In this document: positions 63,985 to 64,000 of the stretch, piece after piece
Numbering within the stretch: position 1 is the stretch's first letter
Layout of the letters: every line of letters begins with the position of its first letter
IMG/VR virus record: IMGVR_UViG_3300034012_003212
Span: 186,001 to 250,000 of that record
DNA: 64,000 nt
Reading direction: 5' to 3' (one strand)
Program-made: the position numbers and the translations under genes
Notes under the pieces: generated by a model
What the model was told of the DNA's origin: nothing
What the model saw: only the letters and a program-made list of their open reading frames with translations
The model's database searches: none

Positions 63985-64000
63985 GGTTGATCCTCTGATA

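Overview
Fragment of a large T4-like (jumbo) myovirus genome, read by eye without database searches, so product calls rest on recognised motifs. Right third (49.9-64 kb, minus strand): T4-type core genes, namely portal (gp20), head-completion nuclease (gp4), late sigma factor (gp55-like), gp15-like tail protein, gp46/gp47 nuclease pair, gp41 helicase and UvsX. Five large probable virion-internal proteins lie downstream of the portal (41.4-49.9 kb). Left 11 kb: small early-type genes behind a conserved 57-bp promoter-like module, with a BRCT fusion, an N-acetylmuramidase, rmlB, a pentapeptide protein and two tRNAs. The dominant and most unusual feature is 11.4-38.9 kb: about 54 tandem paralogous genes for small capped leucine-rich-repeat proteins (21-aa / 63-bp repeat, 2-6 repeats in the canonical units). 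They form two divergent arrays (9 minus, about 45 plus) around a ~1 kb G-rich, probably non-coding leader. Frameworks are conserved while the predicted binding-face residues are hypervariable. Units are mosaics sharing identical 60-120 nt tracts, even between the two opposite arrays. A fixed motif precedes most genes, and divergence increases with distance from the leader. This looks like a phage-encoded, recombination-diversified binder repertoire analogous to VLR or antigenic-variation loci. Its function is not shown by the sequence, and no reverse transcriptase, integrase or cas gene was recognised in the window.
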